Made by a program: the position numbers and the translations under genes. A stretch of DNA of 62,903 nt, filler included, from Chiloscyllium plagiosum (lineage: Eukaryota): NCBI RefSeq assembly GCF_004010195.1. It is 4 parts of one record of this genome, joined end to end, with 100 filler letters (N's around TTAATTAATTAA, not from the genome) between each part and the next. Parts side by side here need not be neighbours in the genome. Positions count along the whole stretch, not along the records: positions 26,946 to 47,965 come from NC_057711.1; positions 48,066 to 52,499 come from NC_057711.1; 2 more parts are not named here. One strand, 5' to 3'. The notes under the pieces were generated by a model. That model was given only the letters and a program-made list of their open reading frames with translations. It searched no databases and was not told the origin of the DNA. Below, piece by piece: positions 37,801 to 50,209 of this stretch (its first letter is position 1; every line of letters begins with the position of its first letter).

Positions 37801-38320
37801 AAGTGGCAATTGATTTTGCACATTGCAATGATGCGAGGCTAAAATACCATTTTTGCTGCAAGCCTCAATTTACCAAGGCACTATTCTACTGAGTATTTGC
37901 ACTGCGATAAGTGGGTACAGGGTATGAAGGGACCTCAGGGATAGTTTGGTTGATGACATGGAAGAACGTAAAGAGAAAACCAAGACAATTAAAAAAAAGC
38001 CTCAACCTTGGTCCTTCTACCCTCATAAACTTTAACCCTCTTGCAATCTGCTTTTTTTCTCTAAGTGCATTGTTGCCTCAACAATCCATGCTAATTTTTC
38101 CTGCAACATCATACTTGAATCTGTTCCTGTAACAGCATTGAAACAGTCCTAACCTGTCACAAATTGTATCTGGGATTAGTGAACTATCCTAATTCTTTCA
38201 GTAGTCTCTGACAAGTTGAATGATACAATTGTCCTCTGATGCCTTGTGTCTCTTGTGCAGTTGAGTGGGACTGCCATTGCTTGGTAGTCTTGACTCTTAT
38301 GTATTCATAGTTAGATCATA

Positions 38321-38630
38321 GGGGTGGCACAGTGGTTAGCACTGCTGCCTCACAGCGCCAGGGACCCGTGTTTGATTCCAGCGTCAGGTGACTGTCTGTG
38401 TGGAGTTTGCACATTCTCCCGTGTCTGTGTGGGTTCCCTCCGGGTGCTTCGGTTTCCTCCCAAAGATGTGCAGGTCAGGTGAATTGGCCATACTAAATTG
38501 CCCATAGTATTAGGTTCATTAGTTAGGGGTAAATGTGGGGAATGGGTCTGGGTGGGTTACTTTTCGGAGGATCGGTGTGGACTTGTTGGGCCGAAGGACC
38601 TGTTTCCAGACTGTATGGGATCTAATCTAA
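38321..38630 (+). mobile_element. HE1-type V-SINE
   Basis: Matches 35970-36288. Confidence 0.9.
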
Positions 38631-39099
38631 GATCATTTCTAGCGATGGCTTCTCTCCCCATACACAATATTACCTCTGGATTATTAAGGATATATCATTG
38701 GGTCTTGCTTTATCTTCCCTTCCTACATGCTTAGATAACAATATCTTACATGTACCTAGCTGAAGACCTTGTCTAGGTCTCTCTGATAACACCTAACCTT
38801 TCTTATGCCTCTGTGTTATGGCGTTGCTTGTCTCACATCAAGTCAAAATGAATTTCAATTTCCTCCAATGATCAATTTGTAGTCGCTTGACAACCATTTT
38901 GAATTTGTTGCTAGTCACAGTATATAGTTCATAGCCCTGATTTCTCATGAATGAGGGAAGGTTTGACTTAATTCAGTTCAGAAATTTGCATTCAGATACT
39001 CAGTGTGAGGCTGTAAGAAGCATTCATTTTATACTTTGGAGTTGTCCATATGCACTAATGTCACTGTTAGAGATGGAAGAGAACATACAATGAGATAGG

Positions 39100-39640
39100 A
39101 GTAAGTAATTTCTCTTGTTGCAGATGGCCTGGCATTGATGTGACATAAATGTTATTTACTATTTATCAGTTATTTCAGTATCTGAGTCATGATTGGTGCT
39201 GAACATTGTGCAGCCATCAGCACACATCCCCGCTTCTTACCATATGATGCCAGGACAGTCATTCATGAAGTAGCTGAAGATTGTTGGGCCTAGGATACTG
39301 CCCTGAGGAACTCATGTAGAGATGTTCAAGAGCTGAGATGACTGCACAACTATCTTCCTTGGTGCTAGGTATGACTCAAAGCTGCAGAGAGTACAATCAC
39401 TGGTTGACTTAAGTTTTACTTGAGCTCCTTGATGCCACATGTTTAAATGTAGCATTGATGTGAAGGTCTGTTATTCTCATCTCACCTCTGGAATTCAGCT
39501 CTTTTGTCCATGTTTTTGGTCATTTCACTTTTAATTCTAGATTGTTATTGAATTCAAATTCTACCATCTGACATGGTAGTCTGAGAACATTTCCTAGGTG
39601 TCTAGGTTACTAGTTCAGTAACAATACCATGAGGCCATTT
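39100..39640 (-). mobile_element. tRNA-like head joined to an RT fragment of the CR1-group LINE (deleted copy)
   Basis: Minus strand gives the head (39640-39520), then TWTKELNSRGEMR and VPQGSILGPTIFS. Confidence 0.65.
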
Positions 39641-40329
39641 CCTTTCCTTGGTGTTTGAGGCTGGAAATATTCCATTCATTGATTTAGCTTAAGGTTAAGC
39701 TCTAGTGCTCGTGTTATCCCATAGATTTTCTAGTATTCATGGCAGGCTAACTATCCCATAATTTCTTGTCTTCTCTTTCTTCCTTCCTCGAATAGTGGTT
39801 GCTACATTTGCTACCCAAAACATTAACTCTGCTTTCTCTCCATAGTTGCTGCCAGACCTGTTGAGTTTTCTTAGTGGTTTTTGTTTCTGATTTCAACATG
39901 CACAGTTCTTTGTTTTTTTTATTTAAGCAACAGGGAGATCTGGAAAGAGTAACATAATTGGATTTCTAGGTCATTATATAATTTCCGAGAAGTTAGACTT
40001 AGCTGAGGTTGCTATGAGAATGAAAGCTTAACATATGGACTGGCAGGGACTGAATGATCTGTTTCTATGCCATATATCCTATGTAATCCTATGCAATATT
40101 TGTTATATATTATGAATTTTGTTTTAAATGTTTGGCATACTTCCTTCATGTTGTTTCTTGCATGTCACACTAATCACACATATCTCATCATGTCTCTCAC
40201 AAATCCAATCAGGCTGTCAAATTACTCTTCATATGCTCTCCTCCTTTCTGCAGGACTAGTTGATGCACTATAACCATAAATAAATAAGTAAAGGAGTAAG
40301 GCCAGATTCCATTTATAGGCTGACTTACA

Positions 40330-41065
40330 TGGAGAAGAAAACCTTGGAAATTCTTGCTCATGTCTCTCTCATACTAATATACGAGGGGAAGTTGGACAAA
40401 CTGAGCAGGAAGTTTTGAGTGTTTTGTTTTCTGTTTTTCTCTCCATATTGCTCATCAATGTTTAGTTTCTTCAGGTTGTGGACAGCTGAGGGGATAGGTG
40501 GAGATGGAGCCCAGAGAGATATGAAAAGGGTAGGTGATGAGGGGATTACTGATCGTAGGCCAAAGTAGAAGAGAAGCTGAATAAGTGATAATGAAAACTG
40601 AAAGGAAGAGAGACTGTGGGTAGGCTGTGCTGAAAGCAATCTATATCAATGACAGAACTGGGTGTGAGAGTGGGTAAAAGTAATGGAAGAATGAAATCAG
40701 GCTCTAAAGTTAGATTGCTCTACTCATTGTTACGCACTGCCATTTGCACACTCATGACCTCTCTCTCCATCAGCACAGCCTCATGCTGTCTGATTCCTTC
40801 ATGCAACCCAGTTCCACTTCATTCTCCAGCTTGTTTGACGTTCTAACAAGAAAAATTTCTTTTCCTTTCAAGAATGAAGGAATATAAGTTGCAAAGATAC
40901 CCATACCCCTCTGGATCCTCCCTTCCCTCTGACTCAATTCTTTCTTCGAAGCCTACATTTTATCGAATATTTACTATCTCATCTGACCTTCCACTCTCTA
41001 ATGCTGAATGCTCTACACTCAGCAAAAAATTCAGTTTTATCCTTCTGCACCTCACTTCAATCAAT
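40330..41065. mobile_element. old Penelope-like fragments
   Basis: Purine-rich pLTR-like stretch and an LSNAECSTLSKKFSFI remnant resembling a Penelope ORF N-terminus. Confidence 0.45.
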
Positions 41066-42049
41066 TTTTAATTCCAGACTAAGTTGAATTTTAATTCTCC
41101 CGTCTGCTGTGGCAGGATTTGAATGAATGTCCCCAAAGCATTTGTATGCTCTTCTGAATTACTGATCCAACAACAAATCACCGCTATGTTACTGTTCCCT
41201 TTGGATTACATCTATATTTCCTGATCTTATTATCTATCTTCCAAATCCATTTCACTGTACTTAGGTCTAAATACCCATATGTAATACCACAGAATATTGG
41301 TTATTATATATACTTATAAATAATGATAAATATGATGATTTGCTAGTAATAGTCTTTTCATAAGTTTACATTCAAAGGTATTGTGCATCACTGCAGCATT
41401 CCTCATAAGGTTTAAGATATAATTTGAATCCATTCATATTACTGTCTTCTCATCCAGGAGCTCATTAGTCTTTATAACAATGAATGGGAATACAGTAGTG
41501 AATTACCAAATCCTGGTGATAACTGCTAGGAATGAATTCGCCCGTGCAGTTTTTTTTAGGAATGCTTGCTTTACTTGATCAATAATGAAGAACAAAGAAC
41601 AATAAAATACTATTGCTCAGAATAGAAACAAATGATCTGGTTATTCAATAGTCTGCTTTGTACAAGTTGACTCTTACCTAATAATCAAATTACTCCAGTT
41701 CAAAACAATTCACAGTGTGTGCAGTATTTTGGGATTTGTTTGGGAAGAATGTTACATAGTGCAAGGTGGAATTTTCTACTTACAGGTTTTATAAAATCCT
41801 TGCACCTGTTGACATATTTCCTGTACTTTCTAAAGTACACTTTTTAAAAACCTGGAACCTGGTTTGCATAACATACCATTTCTAGATTCAACAATTCTGA
41901 GCACAAGAGGTAGCTGTATGATATTCTGCGGGCAGCAAGGAAACTAAATAGGAAACAAAACTAAATTCAGCGTTTAGCTTTGATCGGGAAAGTGGGATGG
42001 CAAATAAACACCTTGAAATATCTGGCAATAAAACGAGCACGAAAAATAA

Positions 42050-43200
42050 GACTTGCATATTATCAATTTAGGTGGATTGACGCGCCGATTTTTAAAAAAA
42101 ACTTTGGAGAATTAGAAAAACAAAAAAGGGGAATTAATAGAATTTTTGTTGGTAGAGAGACGGTTTGTTATTTTGAGATGTAACAAGTACCAGTCGATGT
42201 TGCGGAGGGTCAATCAGAAAATTTTGTTGCACAAAGGGGGAGGGAAAGAGGTAAATAGAGAGTCGCCATATTGTCGAGTGTGGGCCGGGAGTGGGAAGAG
42301 CGAGGAGGAAGGAGGAGCTGCTCCGGTGAGGCTGGATCTACCGGACTACGATAGAAGTATAAACCCGTGTAAGGTTGTGGAGGCGGCGGGAGCAGAAACT
42401 GGGCTATGAAAGGAGTTCTTTTGGCCGCTGCCGCCATGCAGGAGACTTTTGGTTGCGCCGTCACTAATCGCTTCGACCAGCTGCTGGACGACGAGTCCGA
42501 CCCGTTCGACATCCTGCGGGAGGCCGAGGAGAAGAAGCAGAAGAAGAAGAAAGAGGAAGGAGGCCGCAAGAGCAGAGCCGGGAGCGGGCCCTCGGGCAGC
42601 TCGGCAGCATCAACCGCCGGCGCCGCCTACGCCTCGGCATCGAGCTCGGCCAAAGCCGGCAGGAGAGAGTCTCAGAAAGCTCGGAAAATCCCGACGGGCG
42701 TCGAGGCCGGCAACAGGCCCGGGGGAGCGTCTGGCACCGAAAATGTCTTCCTCGGGGGAGGAGGAGGAGGACAGCGGAGAGAAGGTCGGTACCTAACATA
42801 GCTCTGCAGCACCTGGGCGTGAAGGGACTCCTCCTCCTCCATCATTCCGAATTGTTTAAAATACCCGGGGGCGGGGGGCTTCAAACTGTAAATTCTGGGA
42901 TTAAGCTTATTCTGATTTCAAACGTGTAGGATCAATGATGTAGCCCCGGGTTTAATTTCTAACGGACTACAACAACAATACACACGTGGTATGTGTCAAA
43001 TGCAGCGATCAGTGGTGTCTCGCAAAGTGAGAATTTATTAATAAACCTGGGAGTGTGAACCAATGGAGGTAAGAGACAGGTATCCACCCGGGACAGGGTG
43101 CATACTGTGACCGGGGGGTGCTCTGGGCGGCAGGTCAGTCCGTACCGCGGGGGGGAGGAGGGAAGGCATGTATGAGAACCTGGCCGGAGAGAATGGAGGT
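42050..43200. promoter_or_regulatory. CpG island/promoter of HABP4
   Basis: The only extended CpG-dense unique region; YY1-type CGCCATATT near 42265 and GC-rich motifs surround the first coding exon. Confidence 0.8.
42406..42784 (+). CDS. HABP4: HABP4 (intracellular hyaluronan-binding protein 4/Ki-1/57; SERBP1 family), first coding exon
   Basis: [41 protein letters not shown]...RRESQKARK matches the recalled HABP4 N-terminus (MKG...AAMQESFGC...[16 protein letters not shown]) better than SERBP1. Phase-1 donor GAAG|GTCGGT after 42784. Confidence 0.9.
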
Positions 43201-44259
43201 TAATGCAGGTGCAAACACCACTTTGTACTCCAAACCTGGAATTGGCATACATTATCTTGGGACTGTCCTTTCAAGGGACGTTTGGCCTATAAATTGTAGG
43301 TGAGTTATCACGTAGTTTTTATTTGGGAGACTGTTAATCTGCCTTATCTCGTTTTGTTGAGTTGCCATTTTTGCAAGTATTTTAAAAGCGATATTCACAA
43401 GCGTAGATTTTTCAACCCCTGCTGAAGATCCTTCTTGCATGTAAAACGTGGACATAGTCTCCATGACCATACATTTGGGGAACTGGACTTTTGGGATTGC
43501 AAGACTCTAACTTCAAGTTGCTGTTTTGTTAAATCCAACAGTTTACTTTGAACACTGAGATGTGTAGCTTTTTTATGAAAAGTAAGGGAAGAAAAATTCG
43601 TCAGGCAGTCCTGTTACTGCAGTGAGTGGTATATATTGTGGAGAGAATAAAGGAGTCCTACAGCACGCAAACAGATGCTTCCATCCAACCAGTCCATGCC
43701 GAACACAATCTCAAATGAAACTACTCTCTCCTACCTGCTCCTGGACCATATTCCTCCAAACCTTTGCTATTCATGAACCTATCCAAATGTCTTCCAGTTT
43801 CTGTTTTAGTTTTGAATTTAATGTTGAGATGTTTACTTGCCTTTAAATTGCTACTGTATGTCACTATTTGAGGTTACTTTTGTTATTTTTTTTCAAACAT
43901 TAGGTGAGGTACAACTTAATTTTATATGGGTGGACATTTGGTTTTTTTTCTAAACCATCTTCTGTTCCCCTCTTGAATGTTATGGTTGTTGGCTGCAGCT
44001 TAGTTTCATTGAATCAATCATTCAGCAGAGACAACGGAACCTCCTAAGTTGAAATGTCTAGGTAGGTTGCTAAGCCTTTGAGGTTGCATATCTGCTATAT
44101 TTAAATAAGTAACCCTGTGGTGGTTGAAGAGGCAATGACAAAATGGGAAGAGGTTTTCTTCACTCATAGGATATGGACTTTGCAGTCAAGTTTCTTCTTC
44201 ACCTCATTGCTTGCCAAGGACCTCAATTTTGACTTGAGAATACTGCAGCCTTCAGGACT

Positions 44260-45545
44260 AGTCATAGAATCATACAGCACAGAAACAGACCCTTTGGTCC
44301 AACTATTCGATGCCAACCATCATCCCAAACTAAACCAATCCCACGTGTGCTCCTGGCCCAAACCTTTCCACCTTTCCTATTCATGTACTTATCCAAATGT
44401 CTCTTAAATGTTGTAATTGTACCAGCATCCATCGCTTCCTCAGGAAGTTCATTTCACACACTAACCACCCTCTGTGGAAAAAAAATTTGGTCCGCATGTC
44501 TTTTCTAAATCTGTCTCATCACCTTAAAAATTTGCCTCCTAGTCTTGAAATCCCCTATCCTAGGGAAAAGACAACTACCATTAACTCTATCTATACCCCT
44601 GTTTATTTTATAAACTTCTATACAGTTACCTCTTAAACACCTATGCATCGGTGAAAAATATGCTAGTCTTTCTTTGTAACTCAAACTTTCTATACCTGGT
44701 AAATCTCTTCTGTACCCTCTCCAGCTTCATAGACAGTTCATAGAATCCCTACAGTGTAGAAGCAAGCCATTTCGCTCGTCGAGTCCACATCAACCCTCAG
44801 ACATCCATCCAGACCCATCCCTTACCCTGTCCCTGTAACCCTACATTTCCTATGGCTAATCCATGTCATCACTTGACACTAAGGGCAACATTGCATATCC
44901 AATCCACCTAATCTGCACATCCTAGGACTGTGGGAGGAAACTAGAGCACCCAGAGGAAACCCATGCAGACGCTGGGAGAATATGCAAACTCCCCACAGAC
45001 AGTCGCCCAAGGCTGCAATCGAACCTGGTGCTGCGAGGCCACTGAGTCACTGTGTTGCCCCAGATTAATAATATCCTTCCTATAACTGTGCGATGAGAAC
45101 TGGACATTGTATTCCAGAAGTGACCTCAAAGTCCTGTACGACCTCAACATGACTTCCCACTCCTATACTCAAAGGACTGAGCAATGAAGGCAAGCATGCC
45201 AAGCACCCTTTTAAGCACTCGGTCTGCATGTGAGGCACACTTCAAAGAATTATGTGCCTCCAACCTTGCGTTCCTGTGTTCTACAATGCTACCCAAAGGC
45301 CCTGCCGTTATTTGTATAAACCTTATCCTTGTTTGTTGTTGCATTTATCCAGATTGAACTCCATCTGCTGTTTTTCAGCCCATAGACCCATTTGATCAAG
45401 ACCCCTTTGTAATCTTAGTAGACAGTGAAGAAGGTTTTCAATGCCACTAATTTTGGTGTTGTCTGCAAACTTGCTAAGAGTGCCTTCCATATTCTCATCC
45501 AGATATTTATATAAATGACATACAGAAGAGGACTCAGAATATTGA
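44260..45545 (-). mobile_element. CR1 LINE 3' part, interrupted by an HE1 SINE
   Basis: KFADNTK, GMLAFIAQSFEYRS and the CR1 tail at 44260-44400. Confidence 0.85.
44739..45060 (-). mobile_element. HE1-type V-SINE
   Basis: Reverse complement of the HE1 head, V domain and tail. Confidence 0.85.
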
Positions 45546-46614
45546 GTTCAATAATTTTGGAACCTGAGCACCTTCCACATCCATCCCCATCCCTACTTGT
45601 CCTCATATGGGCTTCTACCACAGCCAATCCATTTTCAGCCATTGGTTGGTCCTAGTTGAAAGCTTCTTTCTCCCAAACTCACCATTATCCATTTGTTTGT
45701 CTGTCCAGTTGTTGTTTTCTCTTTTTTTAATTAGTATACAATAGCTGTCCTGTTCAGTTTTACTGTACATTTTTTGCATCATTTTGATAGAATTAACCAG
45801 AAATGCCTTTCAAAATTATAAATCATTCTTTTTTTTTTAAAACTGAATCAAATTGAACAATTATTTCTGTACCAGGAAAAAAGTTAAATTGCTTACTGTT
45901 GACCTATTGGGTAGGATTGTTTGTGATGTGGTAATTCAGGTCATTCAGAGCCCTCTGCAGAGGATTGGGTCCCTTTTTTTTTAAAGGTTTTGGCAAAAGT
46001 TGGCAGAACATTTAAAGTAGATCCCTTTTTATAAAAACTAGGGTGTCTAGAGGGGTGTGGAAATGGCTACAAAATGGGTGTTTTTTAAAGTACACTCATT
46101 AAGTGAGAGTAAACTTTCTTTGTCTACGACCTCCTGTAAAACTCTATGCAGAGTTTAGGGATGCTGATTATTCTGCAGAGTTTTAGATCTATTGTATCAC
46201 ACTAGATTGTTGAGAGGCTGATTAAAAATCTAATTCTCCTCTTCCCCCACTGTACATTCATACATCTATTGAAAGCAGTAATTGACTTCTAAATAATTTC
46301 CAGTTTTTCAAAGATTTTTGATTCTTGTTCATTTGCTAACCTCTGAAGTGCTAGAAAGACATTACAGAACACCTTTAACCTATTACTTAAAACAGACTCC
46401 CTTGAATGACCTCTTCCCAGGTTTCATCAGTGTTTCATCAAAATAAAAACCACCAGTACTGGAGGTGGATAATATTATTAGCACGTGACATCCACAGAGA
46501 AGTAAATGCTTTAGGTCATTAGCCTTCTAATAACATGGAAGAAGTTGAAGATATAACATGCTTAAAGCAAGCACAGCGTTAGGAGGGGATAACATAACAA
46601 GACTTTGAAAGAGA

Positions 46615-46752
46615 GATTCTGAAGAAGGGTCACTGGACTCGAAAGTTAATTTTATTTTCTTTCCACAGATACTGCCTGACCTACTGAGTTTCTCCAGCAA
46701 TTTCTGTTTTTGTTTCAAATTTCCACTATCTGTGGTTGTTTGTTTTATTTAA
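46615..46752 (+). mobile_element. old Penelope-type 3' end with a degenerate hammerhead
   Basis: ctgaagaagggtcactggactcgaaagtta...cagatactgcctgacct. Related remnants at 39820-39915, 47290-47390 and 53940-54070. Confidence 0.6.
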
Positions 46753-46789
46753 ATGCAAGTTTTGTTTGTATGTTGCTTTTCTTGATCAA

Positions 46790-47070
46790 AGTATCTCAAA
46801 GCTATTAAATACTTTTTTGAAGTGTAAATTGTGATATTTCCTACAACAATGTGCACACGTCATCACATTGCTGATTTGAGAGTTTCCTTTGTGTTTTCTG
46901 ATGTTGATTTGAGGGTTAGATATTGCTGAAGACCAGCAGCAATTTCTCTGCTCTTTGAAATAGTTTTTTGGATCTTTCTGCCAACCAGAGCAGGTAAATG
47001 GGACCTTGGTTTAATGTCTCATCCAAAAGATGCCTGGTCCAAATCTCACTGTCCTTTCAGTCCTCTGCAT
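46790..47070 (-). mobile_element. Deu-domain SINE (SacSINE1/AmnSINE1-like)
   Basis: Reverse complement cttttggatgagacattaaaccaaggtccc...aaagatcc...ctatttcaaagagcag...ccctcaaatcaacatc resembles the recalled Deu core. Confidence 0.6.
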
Positions 47071-47609
47071 CCTGTGTTGTTCACCTATGCCTAATTGATG
47101 TTTGAGGAATAGTGTCTCATCTTTTTATGGATTCCATGTTGTTCTGTTTTATTTCTTCTTCCATTGCCATATCTTGTTGCCTTGCACTATAGTTCCTTTT
47201 TATCATTTAATTTTTCCTGCTAGCCACTTCTTGAACTAACTTCCCTCCCCCTCTATTAGCTTGAAAACTGTTACATCAATACCCTTTACAGTTTTGATAA
47301 AGGGTAATTGATCTGAAGTATTAATTCTTGTTTTTCCTTCCTAAGATGCTGCTTGACCAGCTGAGTATTCCCGGCCTTTTCTGTTTCTGTTCCATCAATT
47401 GCTGCTTTAAATCCACCCCTGTGTGATACATGATAACAATTTGAATGATAACTCCTCACAGCACTGTCACTGTTTGGGGGTTCTGCAAAACCGTAATTAA
47501 ATCTGTGACATTACTCAGAATATTGATTCATTTATTAATCAGTTTAATGCAGAGTAAAATTAACATTGTAAGATGAGTGAACTTACTGGGATTGTTTTCT
47601 GGTAGATTT

Positions 47610-47965
47610 AGGCTGAAAGTGTGTTGCTGGAACAGCGCAGCAGGTCAGGCAGCATCCAGGGAACAGGAGAATTGACGTTTCGGGCATAAGCCCTTCTTCA
47701 CCTCTTCATAGCCAACTGCCGCCGCGATATTAACCGCCACCTGAACTCCCCCACCCCTCTCACCCACTCCAACCTCTCGCCCTCGGAACGCGCAGCCCTC
47801 CACTCACTCCGTTGCAACCCCAACCTCACTATCAAACCAGCAGACAAGGGAGGCGCGGTAGTAGTTTGGCGCACCGACCTCTACACCGCTAAGGCCAAAT
47901 GCCAGCTCGCAGATACCTCCTCCTACTGCCCCCTTGACCATGACCCCACCCCCCACCACCAAACC
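47610..47965 (+). mobile_element. Penelope-like element (family A): inverted pLTR plus RT N-terminal coding part, cut by a contig end
   Basis: SNLSPSERAALHSLRCNPNLTIKPADKGGAVVVWRTDLY. Confidence 0.88.
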
Positions 47966-48065
47966 NNNNNNNNNNNNNNNNNNNNNNNNNNNNNNNNNNN
48001 NNNNNNNNNTTAATTAATTAANNNNNNNNNNNNNNNNNNNNNNNNNNNNNNNNNNNNNNNNNNNN
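47966..48065. other. artificial scaffold linker
   Basis: N44-TTAATTAATTAA-N44. Confidence 0.97.
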
Positions 48066-48373
48066 GAGACTAGGACCCGTGGACACAGCCTTAGAATTAG
48101 AGGGGGTAAATTCAGAATAGAAATGCGGAGACATTTCTTCAGCCAAAGAGTGGTGGGCCTGTGGAATTCATTGCCACAGAGTGCAGTGGAGGCTGGGACG
48201 CTAAATGTCTTCAAGGCAGAAATTGATAAATTCTTGATGTCACAAGGAATTAAGGGCTACGGGGAGAATGCGGGTAAGTGGAGTTGAAATGCCCATCAGC
48301 CATGATTGAATGGCGGAGTGGACTCGATGGGCTGAATGGCCTTACTTCCGCTCCTATGTCTTGTGGTCTTATG
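48066..48373 (+). mobile_element. young CR1 LINE 3' end
   Basis: Same subfamily as 26372-26845; ends cctatgtcttgtggtcttatgg. Confidence 0.92.
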
Positions 48374-49716
48374 GTAATTACATGACTTCTCTTTAAATTT
48401 GATAATACCTTACCTTTTTAGTTAACCACAGGTCCATTTAATCTCTCTCATTGGAACGTATTAATCTGTTTTCTGAAATACTCCTTAAAATATTCACCAC
48501 TGCGTCTCCATTCACCATTCCAAACTTAATTCTGACAGTTTACTTTGGCTAGCGCTGCTTTCATTTGCTCATAATTGCTCTTGCTCTAACATTTAAAATA
48601 CTAGTATTGGACCCGCTTCTTTCTATCTCAAATTGAAAATAAATTCAACAAATGATTGCTGTTACCTAGGGTGTCATCACTATAAAAGGTTGCTAATAAT
48701 CCTATCTTGTTACATACCACCAGGTCTAGTACAGCCAGCTCTATACTGGACTCCAAAACACGATGTTCTAAGAATCTATTTCAGAAATGCGCAGTGTTCC
48801 TTTTGCCATGTGAATTTTGGCTGTATGTAGATTAAAATCTTGCAAGCTTTTCTGACATGCTCTCATGATTTTTCCTCTATACTCCATTCGATTGTGCAGT
48901 TACTGTTAGCAGGCCTGTACTCCACTCCCACAGGTGACTTTGTGCATTCATCATTTCTCACTTCTACACAAACTGTTTTCACATCCCTGTTTCCTGAACT
49001 TGGGTCACCACTCTAGTGTGCTTATACCAGCATTATCAAACAAACAGATGGTCCTCCACCCTTTCCTACATAACAATCCTTCCTAAATATCATGTACCCT
49101 TTAATATCTAGGTCTCAATCTATGTCATCCTGCAGTCATTTCTCTGCTCGATACTAGATTATTTTTATTTATCCCTATTTGTGCTATCAGTTCATCTGTT
49201 TTGTTTCAGATTCAGGTAGAAAACTTTCTATTAATCTTCGGTCTATTTCCTGTACTATTTTATTCATAAAATAATGCATGTTTAACAGAGCTGAAACACT
49301 TACTAGATACTCACCAAGCAATCAAAGTGTTCCTGCATAATAAGAATCATTCCTACAGGACAAGGAAGCTCGAAAAAGCACAGGAGTATACCCTTCCCTG
49401 AACTTTAAGCACTCCATTTGAAGTCACACAGAGATGCCTACATTTAGATGCTTAGTGTTAACTCAGTGCAGATACAGAAAAGTTTCACCTATTCCATAAT
49501 TAACTAAATTCATCTGCTGTACTGTGGCGAGTTTCAATATCCATGCTTTAAACTAAATTGAATTCAGAATATAAACATTAAGTTTCAGTTCAAAGTTAAG
49601 TGTGAAATGCAACTAAGTTCTAGATTTGCAAAGAGATTAAGATTCTCCTTACTCACCACTCCCAAAAGTCACATTCAATGCTAAGTCATACTGAGATGCA
49701 GCTGTTTATATACAGT

Positions 49717-50209
49717 TGCTGTGGTTCTGTTCGCCGAGCTGAAAGTTTTTGTTGAATTCATGTTGCTTGTCGTCTGCGTGTGTGGCTACTAGGGATAGCT
49801 GGTCGTGTCGTTTCGTGGCTAGTTGATGTTCGTGGATGCGGATCGTTAGCTGTCTTTCTGTTTGTCCAATATAGTGTTTTGTACAGTCCTTGCATGGGAT
49901 TTTGTACACTACATTCGTTTTGCTCATGCTGGGTATCGGGTCCTTCGTTCTGGTGAGTTGTTGTCTGAGTGTGGCTGTTGGTTTGTGTGCTGTTATAAGT
50001 CCTAGTGGTCGCAGTAGTCTGGCTGTCATTTCAGAGATGTTCTTGATGTATGGTAGTGTGGCTAGTCCTTTGGGTTGCGACATGTCCTTGTTCCGTGACA
50101 ACAAGGATGTCACCTAGACAGGGGACGAAACGTTTGCAACAAAAACTTCCAGCTCGACGAACAGAACCACAGCAACGAGCACCCGAGCTACAAATCTTCT
50201 CACAAACTT
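49717..50209 (-). mobile_element. Penelope-like element (family B), deleted, with inverted pLTR; 14-bp TSD
   Basis: NVVYKIPCKDCTKHYIGQTERQLTIRIHEHQ (GIY-YIG). TSD TGTTTATATACAGT at 49703-49716 and 50210-50223. Confidence 0.9.

Noticed and set aside
42785..42801. HABP4 as a single-exon 131-aa ORF or retrocopy
   Set aside because: The frame ends just after a plausible phase-1 donor, lacks the C-terminal HABP4_PAI-RBP1 domain and sits in a CpG island, so this is intron read-through.
42210..42884. Alternative-frame and antisense ORFs over HABP4 exon 1
   Set aside because: Expected by-products of GC-rich coding sequence; no recognisable homology.
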